Assembly (NCBI GenBank): GCA_951406725.2
Contig: OX597816.1
Coordinates: 27,528,001 to 27,592,000, forward strand
Source: Octopus vulgaris
Taxonomy: Eukaryota
DNA length: 64,000 nucleotides
Direction: 5' to 3'
The notes below the pieces were generated by a model. The model saw only the letters and a list, made by a program, of their open reading frames with translations. It was not told the DNA's origin and searched no databases. The stretch's first letter is position 1. Every line of letters starts with the position of its first letter. Both the position numbers and the translations under genes were made by a program. Positions 25,800 through 39,640 of this stretch are shown piece by piece.

Positions 25800-26073
25800 T
25801 TTTTGCCCCTATGCGAGGCAATTTTATTTTAATTCTCTCGCAATGAAGGACTAGTTGACGAGTTAGTTAGAGACAGCTGAGTTAGTTAGAGACAGCTGAT
25901 GAACTGGGGATTTTTCCTGTGTGGTTTGTCCTGTACCTTGTTTTTCTGTTGTAAAAAATAATGTTTTTCCCGTTTCCGTTTCGTCTCTGTTTTTTTTTGT
26001 TGTAAAAATATGGCTTGTCCGTTTTCGTTTTTCGTTGAGTTCTACGTCTAGTTGCAGTGTCCTGTACTCACGT
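25800..26073 (+). mobile_element. TA-tailed short repeat, family gamma
   Basis: GACAGCTGATGAACTGGGGA...CCTGTGTGGTTTGTCCTGTAC similar to the minus strand of 46138-46310; includes a 19-bp tandem duplication at 25860-25897. Confidence 0.5.
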
Positions 26074-26139
26074 ATATATATTTATATATGCATGTATATA
26101 TACATGTAGATGTATGCATGCATATATTTTATTTATTAC

Positions 26140-26219
<80 letters not shown>

Positions 26220-26238
26220 CATATATATATACTTATAT

Positions 26239-26791
26239 AGGTTGTCCCAAAAGTCACTGACGGGTTTTAAGTTTCGATAATTTCCTTAACTTTACAAATA
26301 AATGCATGAAATTTTGATACAACATAAAGGACATAATGGAAATTAATATGCAGAAGTCAAAGTTTCCAACATCACTATATCACATATGAAAATTTTGATC
26401 GCTGAAATGACAGCCATTTTCAGCTTCGCATGCCCGTGCTCTTTCCAAAATTTGCACCATAAAACCCTCAAGAGTTTCAGACCGCTCTTCTCTGATTTCT
26501 TTATTGATGTTCTCCTTCAGTTGCAATAGAGAAATCAGAGAAGTGGGGTCTGAAACTCTTGAGGGTATTATGGTGCAAGTTTTGGAAAGAGTCCGGGCTT
26601 GAAAATCCGAAGATATCTGCCATTTAAGCGATGTCATTTTTCGCATTTGATGTGGTGGTGTTGTTAAATTTGACTTCTGCATATCAATATCCATTATGTT
26701 CTTCATATTGTATCAAACTTTTATGCATCTATTTGTAAAGTTAAGGAAGTTATCAAAAATTGAAACCCATCAGTGACTTTTGGGACACCCT
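26239..26791. mobile_element. Tc1/mariner-derived palindromic MITE (inverted duplication of the transposon 3' end)
   Basis: TIRs GTCCCAAAAGTCACTGA. Arms of about 250 bp each encode a transposase C-terminal relic (LKENINKEI...ERARACEAENGCHF). Confidence 0.8.
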
Positions 26792-26900
26792 TTATGTATA
26801 TACATGCATACATCCTTGTGTATATGTGTGTGTATGCGGGTGAGTGTGTGTGAAGGTGTGTACGAGTGTATATATATATGCATATATATATGTGCGTATA

Positions 26901-27178
26901 TCAACTTGATCACCTTGACCGAACAGTCCGTTAGGCGTCCATTTGACACCGCTGGTCACGGCACGGTGTCCACTCCTCTCTGGATCGCGCCTTTCTCATC
27001 CATGTGATCCCAATCGTCCTCCTGAAATCGTGACTCCACCGTCGTGGAGGTCTTCCGAGTGGTCTTTTCCGCTCACGCGAGTACCACTCGACAGCTGCGT
27101 GCGTCCACCGATTATCGGTGAGCCGGGCGACGTGTCCAGCCCATCTATACTTGCTGCGTGTATACTCTGCGATGACAT
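26901..27178 (-). mobile_element. RTE-clade LINE 3' fragment in (TA)n
   Basis: [17 protein letters not shown]...[12 protein letters not shown]...W..KARSREEW is the typical RTE C-terminus. Confidence 0.88.
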
Positions 27179-27257
27179 TATATATATATATATATATACA
27201 CACATATATATATATATATATGTATGTATGTATATGTATGTATCGATATATAGATGA

Positions 27258-27315
<58 letters not shown>

Positions 27316-27362
27316 AATGAAAGAATGGAGTTGAACGACGGATTAACAAAATTAACAAAATC

Positions 27363-27398
<36 letters not shown>

Positions 27399-27599
27399 AA
27401 TAGAGAAGGATAGAGGGAGAAAAAGAGGGAAGGAGAGAGGGAGAGAAAGAGAGATATAGAGGGAGAGAAAGAGAGAGGGAGAGGGAGAAAGTGAAAATTA
27501 AAGTGGCCGATGGAAATATATACAAACGCACACAAATATTCAAGGTGAAAAACTCCACGTATTACTCCGTTAGCGTTTACAGTGATACACTCACTCACA

Positions 27600-27664
<65 letters not shown>

Positions 27665-28039
27665 GCAAACACAGGCACAGATACACATACACACAAACAC
27701 AGGTACATATACACAGACACATTCACGCATACAGAGGCATATATATGAACAGACGTACATATTTATAGTTTTTAAAAATATATTATAGTTTTTCAGATTG
27801 ATCAATACTTAGCTAAAACGTCAAAAAGTGGGCTTAAAGGAATATATAATTTTTTTTATTGTTAAAGTTTATCCGAGTTTCCGTAAGGGCACGATTTTAG
27901 ATCGTATCATGAAATCACTAACAATACTTTATGTTTTCCTTAAGTATGAAATCCTGTAACCCGAAGAATCCGTAACGTGATGGGATGCGTGTATATGCGT
28001 GTGTGTGTATGTGTGCGTGAGAATAGTTATATATATATA

Positions 28040-28229
28040 TCGCATGTGTATCGTTGGCGATTTTCTTTAGCCTCTTCCCTTCCATGGACTTTTCCTTTTT
28101 TTATGTTTCTGATGAAGAGCTCCGCTCGAAACGTTAAATCCTCCTTATTTCTTTCCTTTCCTGAGCATCCAATAACACTTGTTCCACGTCCTCGCGTTGT
28201 TGCGTTTTCTCTTTGTTCATGTTTGGAGT

Positions 28230-28232
<3 letters not shown>
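28040..28232 (+). mobile_element. Hammerhead-bearing short element, family beta
   Basis: Homologous to 12686-12880 and 44088-44297. Confidence 0.75.
28105..28139 (+). ncRNA. Minimal type I hammerhead, canonical core
   Basis: GTTT-CTGATGA-A-GAGC-TCC-GCTC-GAAA-CGT-T-AAAT; self-complementary helix III (AACGTT). Confidence 0.8.
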
Positions 28233-28290
<58 letters not shown>

Positions 28291-28297
<7 letters not shown>

Positions 28298-28588
28298 ATC
28301 ACGTGACCGACAGGCTATCAAATGTTGCTACACATCGCTGGTCACAATGTGCTTCGCATTGTTTTAGCCTTCAAGGATACCACCCCGATGGCTAAGCGTG
28401 CAGGCCTACAGAAGAAAGAGTGAGAGAAAGTTGTGACGAAAGAGTACAGCAGGGATCGCCACCAGCCCTGCCAGAGCCGCGTGAAGATTTAGGTGTTTTC
28501 GCCCAATAAACACTCACAACGCCCGGTCTGGGAATCGAAACCACGATCCTACGACCGCGAGTCCGCTGCCCTAACCACTGGACCATTA
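28291..28588 (-). mobile_element. tRNA-derived SINE (third family) with RTE-like tail
   Basis: Head TGGTCCAGTGGTTAGGGCAGCGGACTCGCG...GGTTTCGATTCCC (A and B boxes); tail GTGACCAGCGATGTG...GGTCACGTGATCACGTGA. Confidence 0.85.
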
Positions 28589-28837
28589 TATGTATAACCG
28601 TGCGAAAGTCACTGATGAGGATAAATCAAATCCGACATTATCGATAATATATCTCTGTCCCGCTTGCGCTAGGAAGCTAGTTTCCCTTGTCAGTCATTAG
28701 ATAAATGCTTCCCGTGGCTAAGAGTTGCTCTGACTTTTATTTCTAGCAATGTGGTGCTGACTAGTACCCATAATCACCTTATTGACGCCTATACTTTTGC
28801 CTTTTGGCTGTAAATTGCAAAACCCCACCTTAATAAT

Positions 28838-28879
<42 letters not shown>

Positions 28880-29574
28880 GACGTATTTATTTATTTTCTT
28901 ATGTTTGTATGTGTATATTCGGAACGGTTCCCTTGTGATCCTTCTATTTAGGTACAGAGTTTCTATCACTTCAATATTCAATATTTCCTTCCCTTTTCTT
29001 TTTCAAGATTATAGACATTGGTTTGAAGGATATATACTCATTATTTCTTGCACGTCGAGCGATAATACGAATGTTCTTTTTCGCTCCTGGATACATGTAA
29101 ATGAAGTTTGTGAAATATAATGATGTAATAAATATCTCTAAAATGAGACACTGACACCTAGAATGTCTTTTAATATAGAGGCTGCTTGATACAGAATTAT
29201 ATAGGAGTCTAAACAACAATAACCATAAGAACAACAGCAACAACAGCAATGCTGACAGACCAAAGAGGCGATGGATATTGAAAACTTGTACAAAGCTAAA
29301 CCAAATACTTTGCGGTTGTTATTTGCATGTTTTTACGATTTGTGTTTCATTGAGGCCAATGGATTCCAAGATAGGCAGTGTCTGAATGGAAGATGATATT
29401 GGCAGACACACAACGAGCTTATAATATCTTTACATCAAATTCTCTTCCACATGTCCGTCAACAACATGGAATAACGTCTTTACTCAGTGACCTATATTGT
29501 GTGATCGAAACCGGAACTCTCTTTCTGCTTATGTTCTATGAGAGCTTTCAGGATCGATAAAATTAGAAAACTTA

Positions 29575-29990
29575 AGACATTGGTCTTGTTTAAATCATTG
29601 GACTCCGGCCATCGTGGGGCACCACTTTGAAGGGTTTTAGTCAAATTGACGTCAGTGATTAAAAAAAAAAGGTTGGCACTTGTTCTATCGGTCTCCTTTA
29701 GCTTATTGTTAAGTTACAGGGACATAAACAAACCAATACCAGCGGCCAAACGGTTGTGGGGGACAAACACAGACCTCCCACACCCATACACGCACTCACA
29801 CAACACACATAAAAATATACATACGACAGGCTTCTTTCAGTTTCCGTCTACTAAATCCGTTCACAAGGCTTTGGTCGGCTGGGGGCTATAATAGAAGGCA
29901 TTTGCCTAAGATACCCTGCAGTGAGACGGAACTCGAAACCATGCGGTAAGGTAGCAAACTTCTTACTTTACAGTTAAACCTGCCCCTATC
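29575..29990 (-). mobile_element. Degenerate CORE-like SINE
   Basis: GGCTTCTTTCAGTTTCCGTCTAC...CACAAGGCTTTGGTCGGC core. Confidence 0.75.
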
Positions 29991-30272
29991 ACAGCCGTGT
30001 CTGCACATTATGCTAATTAAATTGACTTAAAATCTTATTGAAGACAAAGTTCTTTATCCCTGAAATTTTTCGCCAATATAAGAAACAGCAGCATAAAAAG
30101 TGCGTGTAAATCGAATATTTCTCACCGATTTATATTAAAAGTCATGTGGCATTATCCCTTGCTAGTAGTAACATTGAAAGGATTTGTATCACCACTTTCT
30201 GTAAATGCCACTTTCTGAAAGAGAAAGATAGATAGATTGAGAGAGAGGGCGAGAGAGAGAGAGAGAGAGGGG

Positions 30273-30352
<80 letters not shown>

Positions 30353-30908
30353 AAGAAGAAATCAAGAGCAATACTTGACTGGTATTTTATTTATCGACTC
30401 CGGAAGAATGAAAGACGAAGTTGGCCCCAGTGATTTTGCACGATGTGTACTGACACGACAAATATGGCCAAGACGTACAAACCGTAGCCATGATCAATCT
30501 ACCAAACCCGTGTGATGCGTCATTAAAAACCAACATTATCTCTTCATAACAGCCACAGGAATATCAGAAATGGTATCGGGCTAAGCAGAAAACCTTTTCC
30601 AAATTTGGTATGACTGGATGTTTGAATTCAAGTCGCCTGAAAGCTGCTTTTGGTTTTTTATCTGTTGGAGTGGATGTAATAAGTATCAGGCTGGTTATGA
30701 AAGCGGATGTAAGCAATTATTTGCGCACATATCATCTTCAAAATCTTTCAGTGATTGTAAAAACCAAAATTTATCTAATTCAGTATTTGCCTTTATAAAA
30801 TCAAACTTCAAATAATTTGTGCCAGTATAGTAAATATAAATATCGATCCTCCACCATAAAAAAGGAGAAAAAACTCAATATGATATTATGTGCACCACAC
30901 ATGCACAC

Positions 30909-30941
<33 letters not shown>

Positions 30942-31041
30942 TGTATGTATGTATGTATGTATGTATGTATGTATGTATGTATGCAAGTATATGTATATGT
31001 ATGTATGTATGTATGTGTGTATGTATGCGTGCAAGTATATG

Positions 31042-31073
<32 letters not shown>

Positions 31074-31614
31074 TGTATGTATGTATGCAAGTATATGTAT
31101 ATGTATGTATGTATTTATGTATGTATATATATTTTGCTTAAACAAACACAAAACAAAACTGTACGTTTTCATAAATAAATACATACACATACATATATAC
31201 ATACATACATACATACATACATACATACATACATACATACATACATACATACATACATGTATGTATGTACGTACGCACATACATAAAAACATGGATGCAT
31301 GCATATATACATATACATACGCACATATATCTGTATGTATACATAGATTAAAGTGTACACATGCTTGCATGTGTGTGTGTATGTACTTATGTACGGGTAT
31401 GTATTCATATCTATACCTAGTGAATGAAATTATATATTTCAATGACAATGTATCTATTTGTATGTACTCCATATAGAGGAACCATACTTATAGAATAAAC
31501 TTTAAATATAGACGTACACGTACATGGATTCATACTTTTGTACAGCCAATCTATCTATATTTATATATATCTGTCTATTTACCTATCTGTCTCAGTGTTG
31601 TTGCACATACACGC

Positions 31615-31684
<70 letters not shown>

Positions 31685-31998
31685 AACTACAACAAACATG
31701 CATCTACATGAAAATGTATACGTTTCGTTTGTTTTGTGCTTTTCTCAACATGTACACAATGAAATAAATTCGGTTATTTTTGCTTCTTCCACTGCAAAGA
31801 AATTCGTTTCCTACAAACATCAAAGGAATTTCGTTTCTTTCAAATCTGGTTTTCTTCCCTCTCCACAGTCTCAAGGTAATATCAAAGTGAATTGTAAAAA
31901 AACAAAACAAAATAACAATTCTTTGACAGGGGGAATAAATTGAAGGTAATCTGCTCTTGAAAGTTTTCTTACATTCGGTATTCAGTATTGATCATACA

Positions 31999-32032
<34 letters not shown>

Positions 32033-32074
32033 CATACATACATACATACATACATATTCATACATACATACATA

Positions 32075-32141
<67 letters not shown>

Positions 32142-32261
32142 ATACATGTACATACACCTTCATAACATCTATAAATATATTCTTTGTTAGCTATCTCTTT
32201 CTCCATCAATATACTAACGTAGCATTCTTCCTCCTTTACTCCATCTCCCTCTTTTTCTCTG

Positions 32262-32358
<97 letters not shown>

Positions 32359-32369
32359 TTATCCATCTA

Positions 32370-32449
<80 letters not shown>

Positions 32450-33884
32450 CATCCATCCATCCATCCATCCATCCGTCTGTCTGTTTGCCTGCCTGCCTGC
32501 CTGCCTGTCTGTCTGTCTGTCTAGCAATGAAATCTGGTCAGAACAGAAATACTCTGAAATGACATTACAAAAAAAAAATCTCATAAGTTAAGTATAGTGT
32601 TAGCTGATACGAGAGGGTATAAATTTGTATGGACACCCGAGGTCATACATATGTATTTATTTGAGATATCATTGCTATACGCAGGACCAGATTTAAACCA
32701 TGGGGGGTCCGGTGTACTTCAAATTCTGTGCCCCCCCCGATATACAAGAATTAAAATCAAGGAAAATTAGCAAATTTAGATCTCAAAATTCATTTATCAC
32801 ATGTAATTGTATTTGATTAGTTAGCAGAGAAAGTTTAAATAAACGACTGAAAAAAAATGTCGCTTCAGAGATAAACTGTTTAAAATTCCATTTTTTTTCT
32901 CACTCATTCACCAGCAATGTTTAACTTTTCCTTCATTGTGAAAAGTACAATGTAGTTGGGAAGAGGGGAGGAAATTTTTTTCCTTTAATGCGAGTTAGAA
33001 ATGTTTCATAAAAGGGAAAATATATAATTTTAATGGTTGTTTTATTGTTCCAAAGGCACGATAGGTGTGGTTGTGTGAGGGGAGAGACAAACATTTAAAG
33101 GACATGGATTTAAAAAACAAAAAACATTTGCGTTAAAAAAGCTTCCCTTCATTGTTTTGCAATGCATGAAAACAAGGGAAAATCCTGACAAAGTTGGGGG
33201 AAATTCCAACATATATGGGATCGCTACTCCGAAAGAATTCCGTTTCTCCATCAGATGACAACACATGAGTTCTTTGAGCCTAAGAAAGAAAAGAATTTGG
33301 ATTGTTAAACACCAACAATTATATAGATGTTTTATTAGCATCTTCAATTACATCTGGGTCAAAGGTGAGAAAAATTTCTTGAAAATTCAGTACCTGTTAC
33401 TTGACTGTTTCAAACTGCCTCAACTGCAATAACAGGAATGGTGGCCAATGGTTACTCCCAAAGATGATGCAAGAGTACAAAATGGTGATGCAATACATGC
33501 AATGCAATAGTTTCGAGCAAGTAGTGAGAAAATAACAAGAAATTGTTAATTACTCATTTTGCCCCAGATACCAGTTTTGCCTCACCCTTTTGTAGCTATT
33601 TCAAGTATGTGTCAAAATGACGATAAATAGTGAAAAAAGAAAGAAAGAAAAAGAGTCGCTTTAATGAAACGAAAAGCATGTGAGAATAAAAGAAATAATT
33701 CTAAAGCTGAAAAAATGCTTTGAGCTGTTGAGAGATGTAATTTTATGATTAAAACTAAATTCAAAATTTAAATTTTGAAACATATTATATACCAGTTTTC
33801 AATACCTTACTGAAATAATGAAGTTTACAATGGCAATATATGTGTGTGCGTATTTGTATGTGTATGTGTATGTGTATGTGTGTG

Positions 33885-33927
<43 letters not shown>

Positions 33928-34068
33928 CTTTAATTGCCAGTGGTCAGTCTAAGGTCACTGCTTAGTCATGCGTTGAAAGAAGGAATTTGAAGTAGAGACA
34001 ATGAATAACATCTTCCTAGCAATCTCTTCACCTTTATACACATCCATACTCTCTCTCTCTCTCACAGA

Positions 34069-34107
<39 letters not shown>

Positions 34108-35813
34108 ACACATACGCAAGCGTACACACACAAGCATACACAAACACACTCTGGAATACATACAATTTTTGGAGTGTCCAAAAATGTCCAAAAAGGAACT
34201 ACAATTAATTCCCATGGAAATTAATTGTACCTGATTTGGCACTGGGTAAATAAGGGATTTTTTAATTGAATAAACTGATGTCACTAAAGTAGATAAAACT
34301 AACTATGGTTATTCATCGAAAAAGAGGATCCATTACATTTTTTAAGATGTTTGTAAAACATCTATATAATTGCAAGTTTGCTGTGATGTGCCGCCTTCTG
34401 TATTGAGTGCTACATACCTGCATAGCAGGGGCCCCTATATTTAGTGGATACTCGGGGCAATCGCTTACTTTAGATTGGTACTTTTTTATGGGTTCAAAGT
34501 AGACCTCGAATGGTTTTGATTTCCGAGTAATTACCGTGTGAAATTATTTTTCTAAACAAATATTTGATGGTCTGATATATTTTACAGTAATATTCACTAA
34601 AGTTTAGTAAAATTAATGATACGTATTATTGTCTAAGGACTCGTTGGGGGTCATCTTAAAAAGCTTACCTTATGCAATGTATATTCTATATTTATAGATA
34701 GCAGGTTGTGATTTGTGGAACAAATGGCTGCTGTTTCTAGCAAGTTGAATAACCCTGTAATGATTTCTTCGCTGACTCATGTTTCCTCGTGTTTATATTA
34801 TTTGATAGTTTGATGATACATATTTTCTTGGCGTTCTTCCTTTTATTTTCTCCACGATTGTTTATAACAGTTTTCGTTTAAAGCAGAACTCTGGAGCTTT
34901 TACGTTTTTTGTTTGTGTATAATGCCAGGGTTACTGACGAAGCAGAGCTGGAACGATTGAAATAGATAGTGTGTAAGAATACCATCGTATGGTTGGTAAT
35001 TTAAAGCCTGTCGTAGGCGTTGAAATGCTGTTGTTTAACCGTACGTCAATATTTATCTACCAGGCATATGATCAAAGGCATACCAGCCGAGGCCATCATG
35101 TATATCAAGAGCGCATCAGACACTACATTATCTAAGGAGTATTTTTGTTCCTAAAATGGTTCTTGTTAAAATCCCAGGACAACCCATATCAAAGAGATTT
35201 ATAATCAAAGACATTCCAGCCGTGACCATCAAATAATTCTAAAATTTAGAGAGTGTCTTCTCCTAAGACGATTGGTTTGGATTTGGAAGAGATATGACTG
35301 TTATTTCTATCAACTTAAGTGTGTCCTCATTAACGCTATTAACATTATTTTATAGGCGTTATATTACGTTATTTCACGTTATTTTACGTTATTTCACGTT
35401 ATTAATTAAAAGAAACAAAAAAAAAACATCATGCCTGAGAAATTAAATTGTGAAAAAATAACATCCAAACCCAAAGAAGCTTTTCTTGTCTCTCTATAAC
35501 ACTAAAGAGATTAGAATTAATTGCCGTATGATGGAGTTTGAAGACAGTTAAGAGATAAATATATTTTAAATCACTGAGGTGTAAATCTTCTGTCACAGAT
35601 ACTTGTACATATGTCCTATATGGTTGAGGCAAGAAGGCTGATTGTAGAGGGAACCATGAATTCAAATCTGAAAATGAAAAGTCCTATGGTGTGTGACTTT
35701 CATACATCTGGGTCCAACTCCTGCATCAGTGTGGTTCATTCATTGAACTTGGAAGTTACACCTGAATCGCAATATCTCACCAGATTTCATCAGCTGCTAA
35801 GGATTAGTAGTAA

Positions 35814-36068
35814 TTCTTCTTCTTCTTCTTCTTCTTCTTCTTCTTCTTCTTCTTCTTCTTCTTCTTCTTCTTCTTCTTCTTCTTCTTCTTCTTCTTCTTC
35901 TTCTTCTTCTTCTTCTTCTTCTTCTTCTTCTTCTTCTTCTTCTTCTTCTCTTCTTCTTCTTCTTCTTCTTCTTCTTCTTCTTCTTCTTCTTCTTCTTCTC
36001 CTCCTCCTCCTCCTCTTCTTCTTCTTCTTCTTCTTCTTCTTCTTCTCCTCCTCCTCCTCCTTCTTCTT

Positions 36069-36123
<55 letters not shown>
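35814..36123. repeat. (TTC)n/(CTC)n/(TTA)n compound microsatellite
   Basis: Direct reading; source of the poly-S/L/F/K pseudo-ORFs. Confidence 0.95.
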
Positions 36124-36124
<1 letters not shown>

Positions 36125-36269
36125 CGTTAGCACATCAGACAGAATGCTTAGCATTATTTAGTCTGTCTTTATGTTTTGAGTTGAAATTCCGCCGAGGTCG
36201 ACTTTCATCCTTTCGGGTTCGATGAAATAAGTAACAGTTGAACACTGGGGTCGATGTGATCGACTTACC

Positions 36270-37021
36270 CGTCGCTGAAGATGTACTACGGTGTCAGCTG
36301 TTCACTACCAGTGAACTAAGGTATCACCCCTTATTTTTCGAACACTTTCCGGAGTATTCGAGCGGTGCAAGCAGTGCTGTTTTCTGTAAGTGCTCCATCC
36401 TTATTGCAGCCCCTATTTGTTCCATGCACTTCTCAAGATTTTTACTCACTGTTCCCAGGGCTCCGGCAATTAATGGTACTACTACCACCTTTTCAGCGAC
36501 CACAACTGCTTAACCTCTCAAGCTAACCTGTCATATCTATCGACTTTTCTTTCTTCCTTATCGCATGCCTTGTTGTCAGCTGGGAATGCTATATCTATGA
36601 TCCAGCATAGTTTGTTTTCTTTCTCAATTAAGACTATGTCCGGCTTCCTATTCTCTATCTCATGGTCGCAATGAATCATAAAATCCCATAGGATTTTTGC
36701 ATTATCATTTTCAATGATGCCTTCGGGTTTATGGTCGTACCAATTTTTTTCTCTGTCAAGTCCATACTTGTTGCAAAGTGTCCAACGGACAACCCTTGCT
36801 ATATTTTCATGGCATCTCATATATTCCTTCTGGGCTAGTGGTGTACGTTGACTTGTAATATGCCACACGGTTCCACCATTTTGTCCACAAATTCTGCACT
36901 TTCACTTTCTGATCTATTGTCTATTCTGTATTTTATGTAATATGTTTAGTGCTTGCTCTTGGGTAGCACAGATTACGGCCTCCGTTTCCAATTTTAAATA
37001 ACTTTTAGTCATCCACAGCCA
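36270..37021 (-). mobile_element. R4/Dong-type LINE 3' fragment (second family) adjoining (TAA)n
   Basis: ORF 36518-36868: LAQKEY.R.H.NIAR.V.W.LC..WYDHKPEGIIEND.AKILWDF..RKPDIVLIEK..IIDIAFP (REL endonuclease). (TTA)n on both sides, with a SINE piece at 36125-36268. Confidence 0.88.
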
Positions 37022-37081
<60 letters not shown>

Positions 37082-37320
37082 CAACTAAGGTTTTGTTGGA
37101 AATCCTGAAGCGTTGCATGGGTAGTGGTATTTGTAGCTAGATTCTACGGTACCATGCTGTTTTTTCAGCTAATACTTTCCCAATTATTCTGACTGTGCCA
37201 AGGACGGGGGGGGGGGGGGAACATATAACAGCTCTAGTGGGCACTCTATTCCGATTCCCTTCATATTCTTCTTCATGCCTTCTGATATTGACCCCAAGGA
37301 CCCAACAATATTTGGCACCT

Positions 37321-37445
<125 letters not shown>

Positions 37446-38003
37446 TGGTGAGCTGATCGAATTATTAGTAGGCAGTACAAAACGCTTAACGGCATTTCTT
37501 CTAACCTTAAATTCTACCGAGGTCGACTTTGCCTTTCATCCCTTTGGGGCCGGTAAAATAAGTACCAATACAGTACTGGGGTCGGTCTAATCGACTAGCG
37601 AGACCCTCCTTTCGCTCCTGCTTCTGATCCTCCTCTTACTCCTCTTCTTCCCCATCCTCTTCATCCTCCTCCTCCTCCACCTCCTCCTCCTCCTTATGAT
37701 AACCATCCTCATTATTCCTGCCATAGCTAACATTGTTATTTCAAAGTGATGACGTCGGTGGATGTTGTTAGATATCTTTAACAGTACTTGATATTTTCTT
37801 TGTAGGTAAACAGGCCGTTTGTGCTTATGTGTGTATATTTCAGTTAGTGTATACATACATACTTTATATATGTGTATGCAGGTGTATGTATATAGACATA
37901 CATATACATACATACATAGATGCATATGTACATACTCACACACACACATATATATATAGAGAGACACATATAAATATATATATACCCTCATATACATACA
38001 TAC

Positions 38004-38034
<31 letters not shown>

Positions 38035-38045
38035 CATATACATAT

Positions 38046-38205
<160 letters not shown>

Positions 38206-38556
38206 GCACAAATGTGAAACGTTGTGTATACGAACCTTTCTAATAACCCCAAATAACGTGCCAGGTTCGCTATGTGAAACCTATAAAGTAACGAAAGTAA
38301 TTTCAGTATAAATCAACAAGAATAAATATATACGTAGCAAATGATGTTATAATCGTGCCTATGTCTAGACAGGTGATTTCAGCTCTTCTCTTTCAGTATA
38401 CTCTCTTTCAATTAACCTTCATTTTATGTAAACGTGTATAAACGTATACGTCTATATGTGTATATGTACGTGTATGTGTATAATATATATCTACGTCTAT
38501 CTCTTTCTCCCTCTTTCTTTCTCACTCTCTCTATATATACCTATACGTACACACAC

Positions 38557-38664
<108 letters not shown>

Positions 38665-38713
38665 TTACGTATACACAAACATACTTGCATACACATATGT
38701 ATGTGCGTGTTTG

Positions 38714-38750
<37 letters not shown>

Positions 38751-38781
38751 ACAAACACACACATACATATGTGTATGCAAA

Positions 38782-38815
<34 letters not shown>

Positions 38816-39374
38816 CAAACACACACTTACATATGTGTATGCAAGTATGTTTGTGTATACGTATGTATATATTCTCTGTTTCCTAGCTACGTATTCTGAT
38901 AAATTTCAAAACTACATGTAGGTATGTGCATCACATGTTGTATATATATAGGACATGCACGCACACAGACATACTCATATATGCTGGTATGAATGGTACC
39001 GGACGCGCGGGAACGGCGTGCGTTGCTGATGTCGACGGAGCGAGCAGCCACAGTGAACTCAGAGTAACGACAGTGTCTATGAATAATTGATTAAACTCTG
39101 CTATTGTAAATACTTTTCTGTCAAACTCATGAACCTCCTTGTATACACTGATAAACACACTCACGTATAGATACTCAGGCACACACGCACACACACTCAC
39201 GAGCGCGTGCGCACACACACACATATACATACGTATCAATACAATAATAACAAAGGGTAAAATTAATTAATTAACTAGTAATCAATAATTTCACTAAGTA
39301 GAATTCGGCATGAAAAAGGACCATTTCACGATAAACTTAAGTAATACTTTATAATTATATATATATATATACAT

Positions 39375-39640
39375 ATATATGTATGGATACGTAATACTTT
39401 ATAATAGGGTTCAGCAAAGATTTGCTTTACCACATACCGAAGTTTAGAAATAGCAGCCAAAGACCCTTAGCTATTTCCTCTACTTTAAAGAGAGACTCCC
39501 GGAAAGTCTCTTCCGGGAGTCTCTTTTTAAAGTAGAGGAAATAACTAAGGTTCTTTAGCTGCTATTTCTAAACTTCGGTATGTGGTAAAGCAAATCTTTG
39601 CTGAACCCTATTATAAAGTATTACGTATCCATACATATAT
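39375..39640. repeat. Near-perfect fold-back, arms of about 125 bp, 6-nt loop (39505-39510)
   Basis: GGATACGTAATACTTTATAATAGGGTTCAGC...GAGACTCCCGGAA / TTCCGGGAGTCTC...GCTGAACCCTATTATAAAGTATTACGTATCC. Confidence 0.95.

Noticed and set aside
25860-25920. CTGATGA in family gamma (and GAAACGCG...CGGAAGA in the 46260-46310 copy) as a type II hammerhead
   Set aside because: I could not form stem I in either copy.
28500-28588. tRNA gene
   Set aside because: No complete cloverleaf; it is a SINE head continuing into a SINE body.
33140-33285. Minus-strand splice acceptor followed by a short open frame (AQRTHVLSSDGETEFF...)
   Set aside because: No donor site or recognisable host protein; may be a LINE trace.
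32683-34480. hAT-like GC-rich ends
   Set aside because: TIR match is too weak and no TSD or transposase motif was seen.
34930-34965. CTGACGA-AGC-AGA-GCT-GGAAC hammerhead-like string
   Set aside because: GAAA is broken and stems I and III are unsupported.
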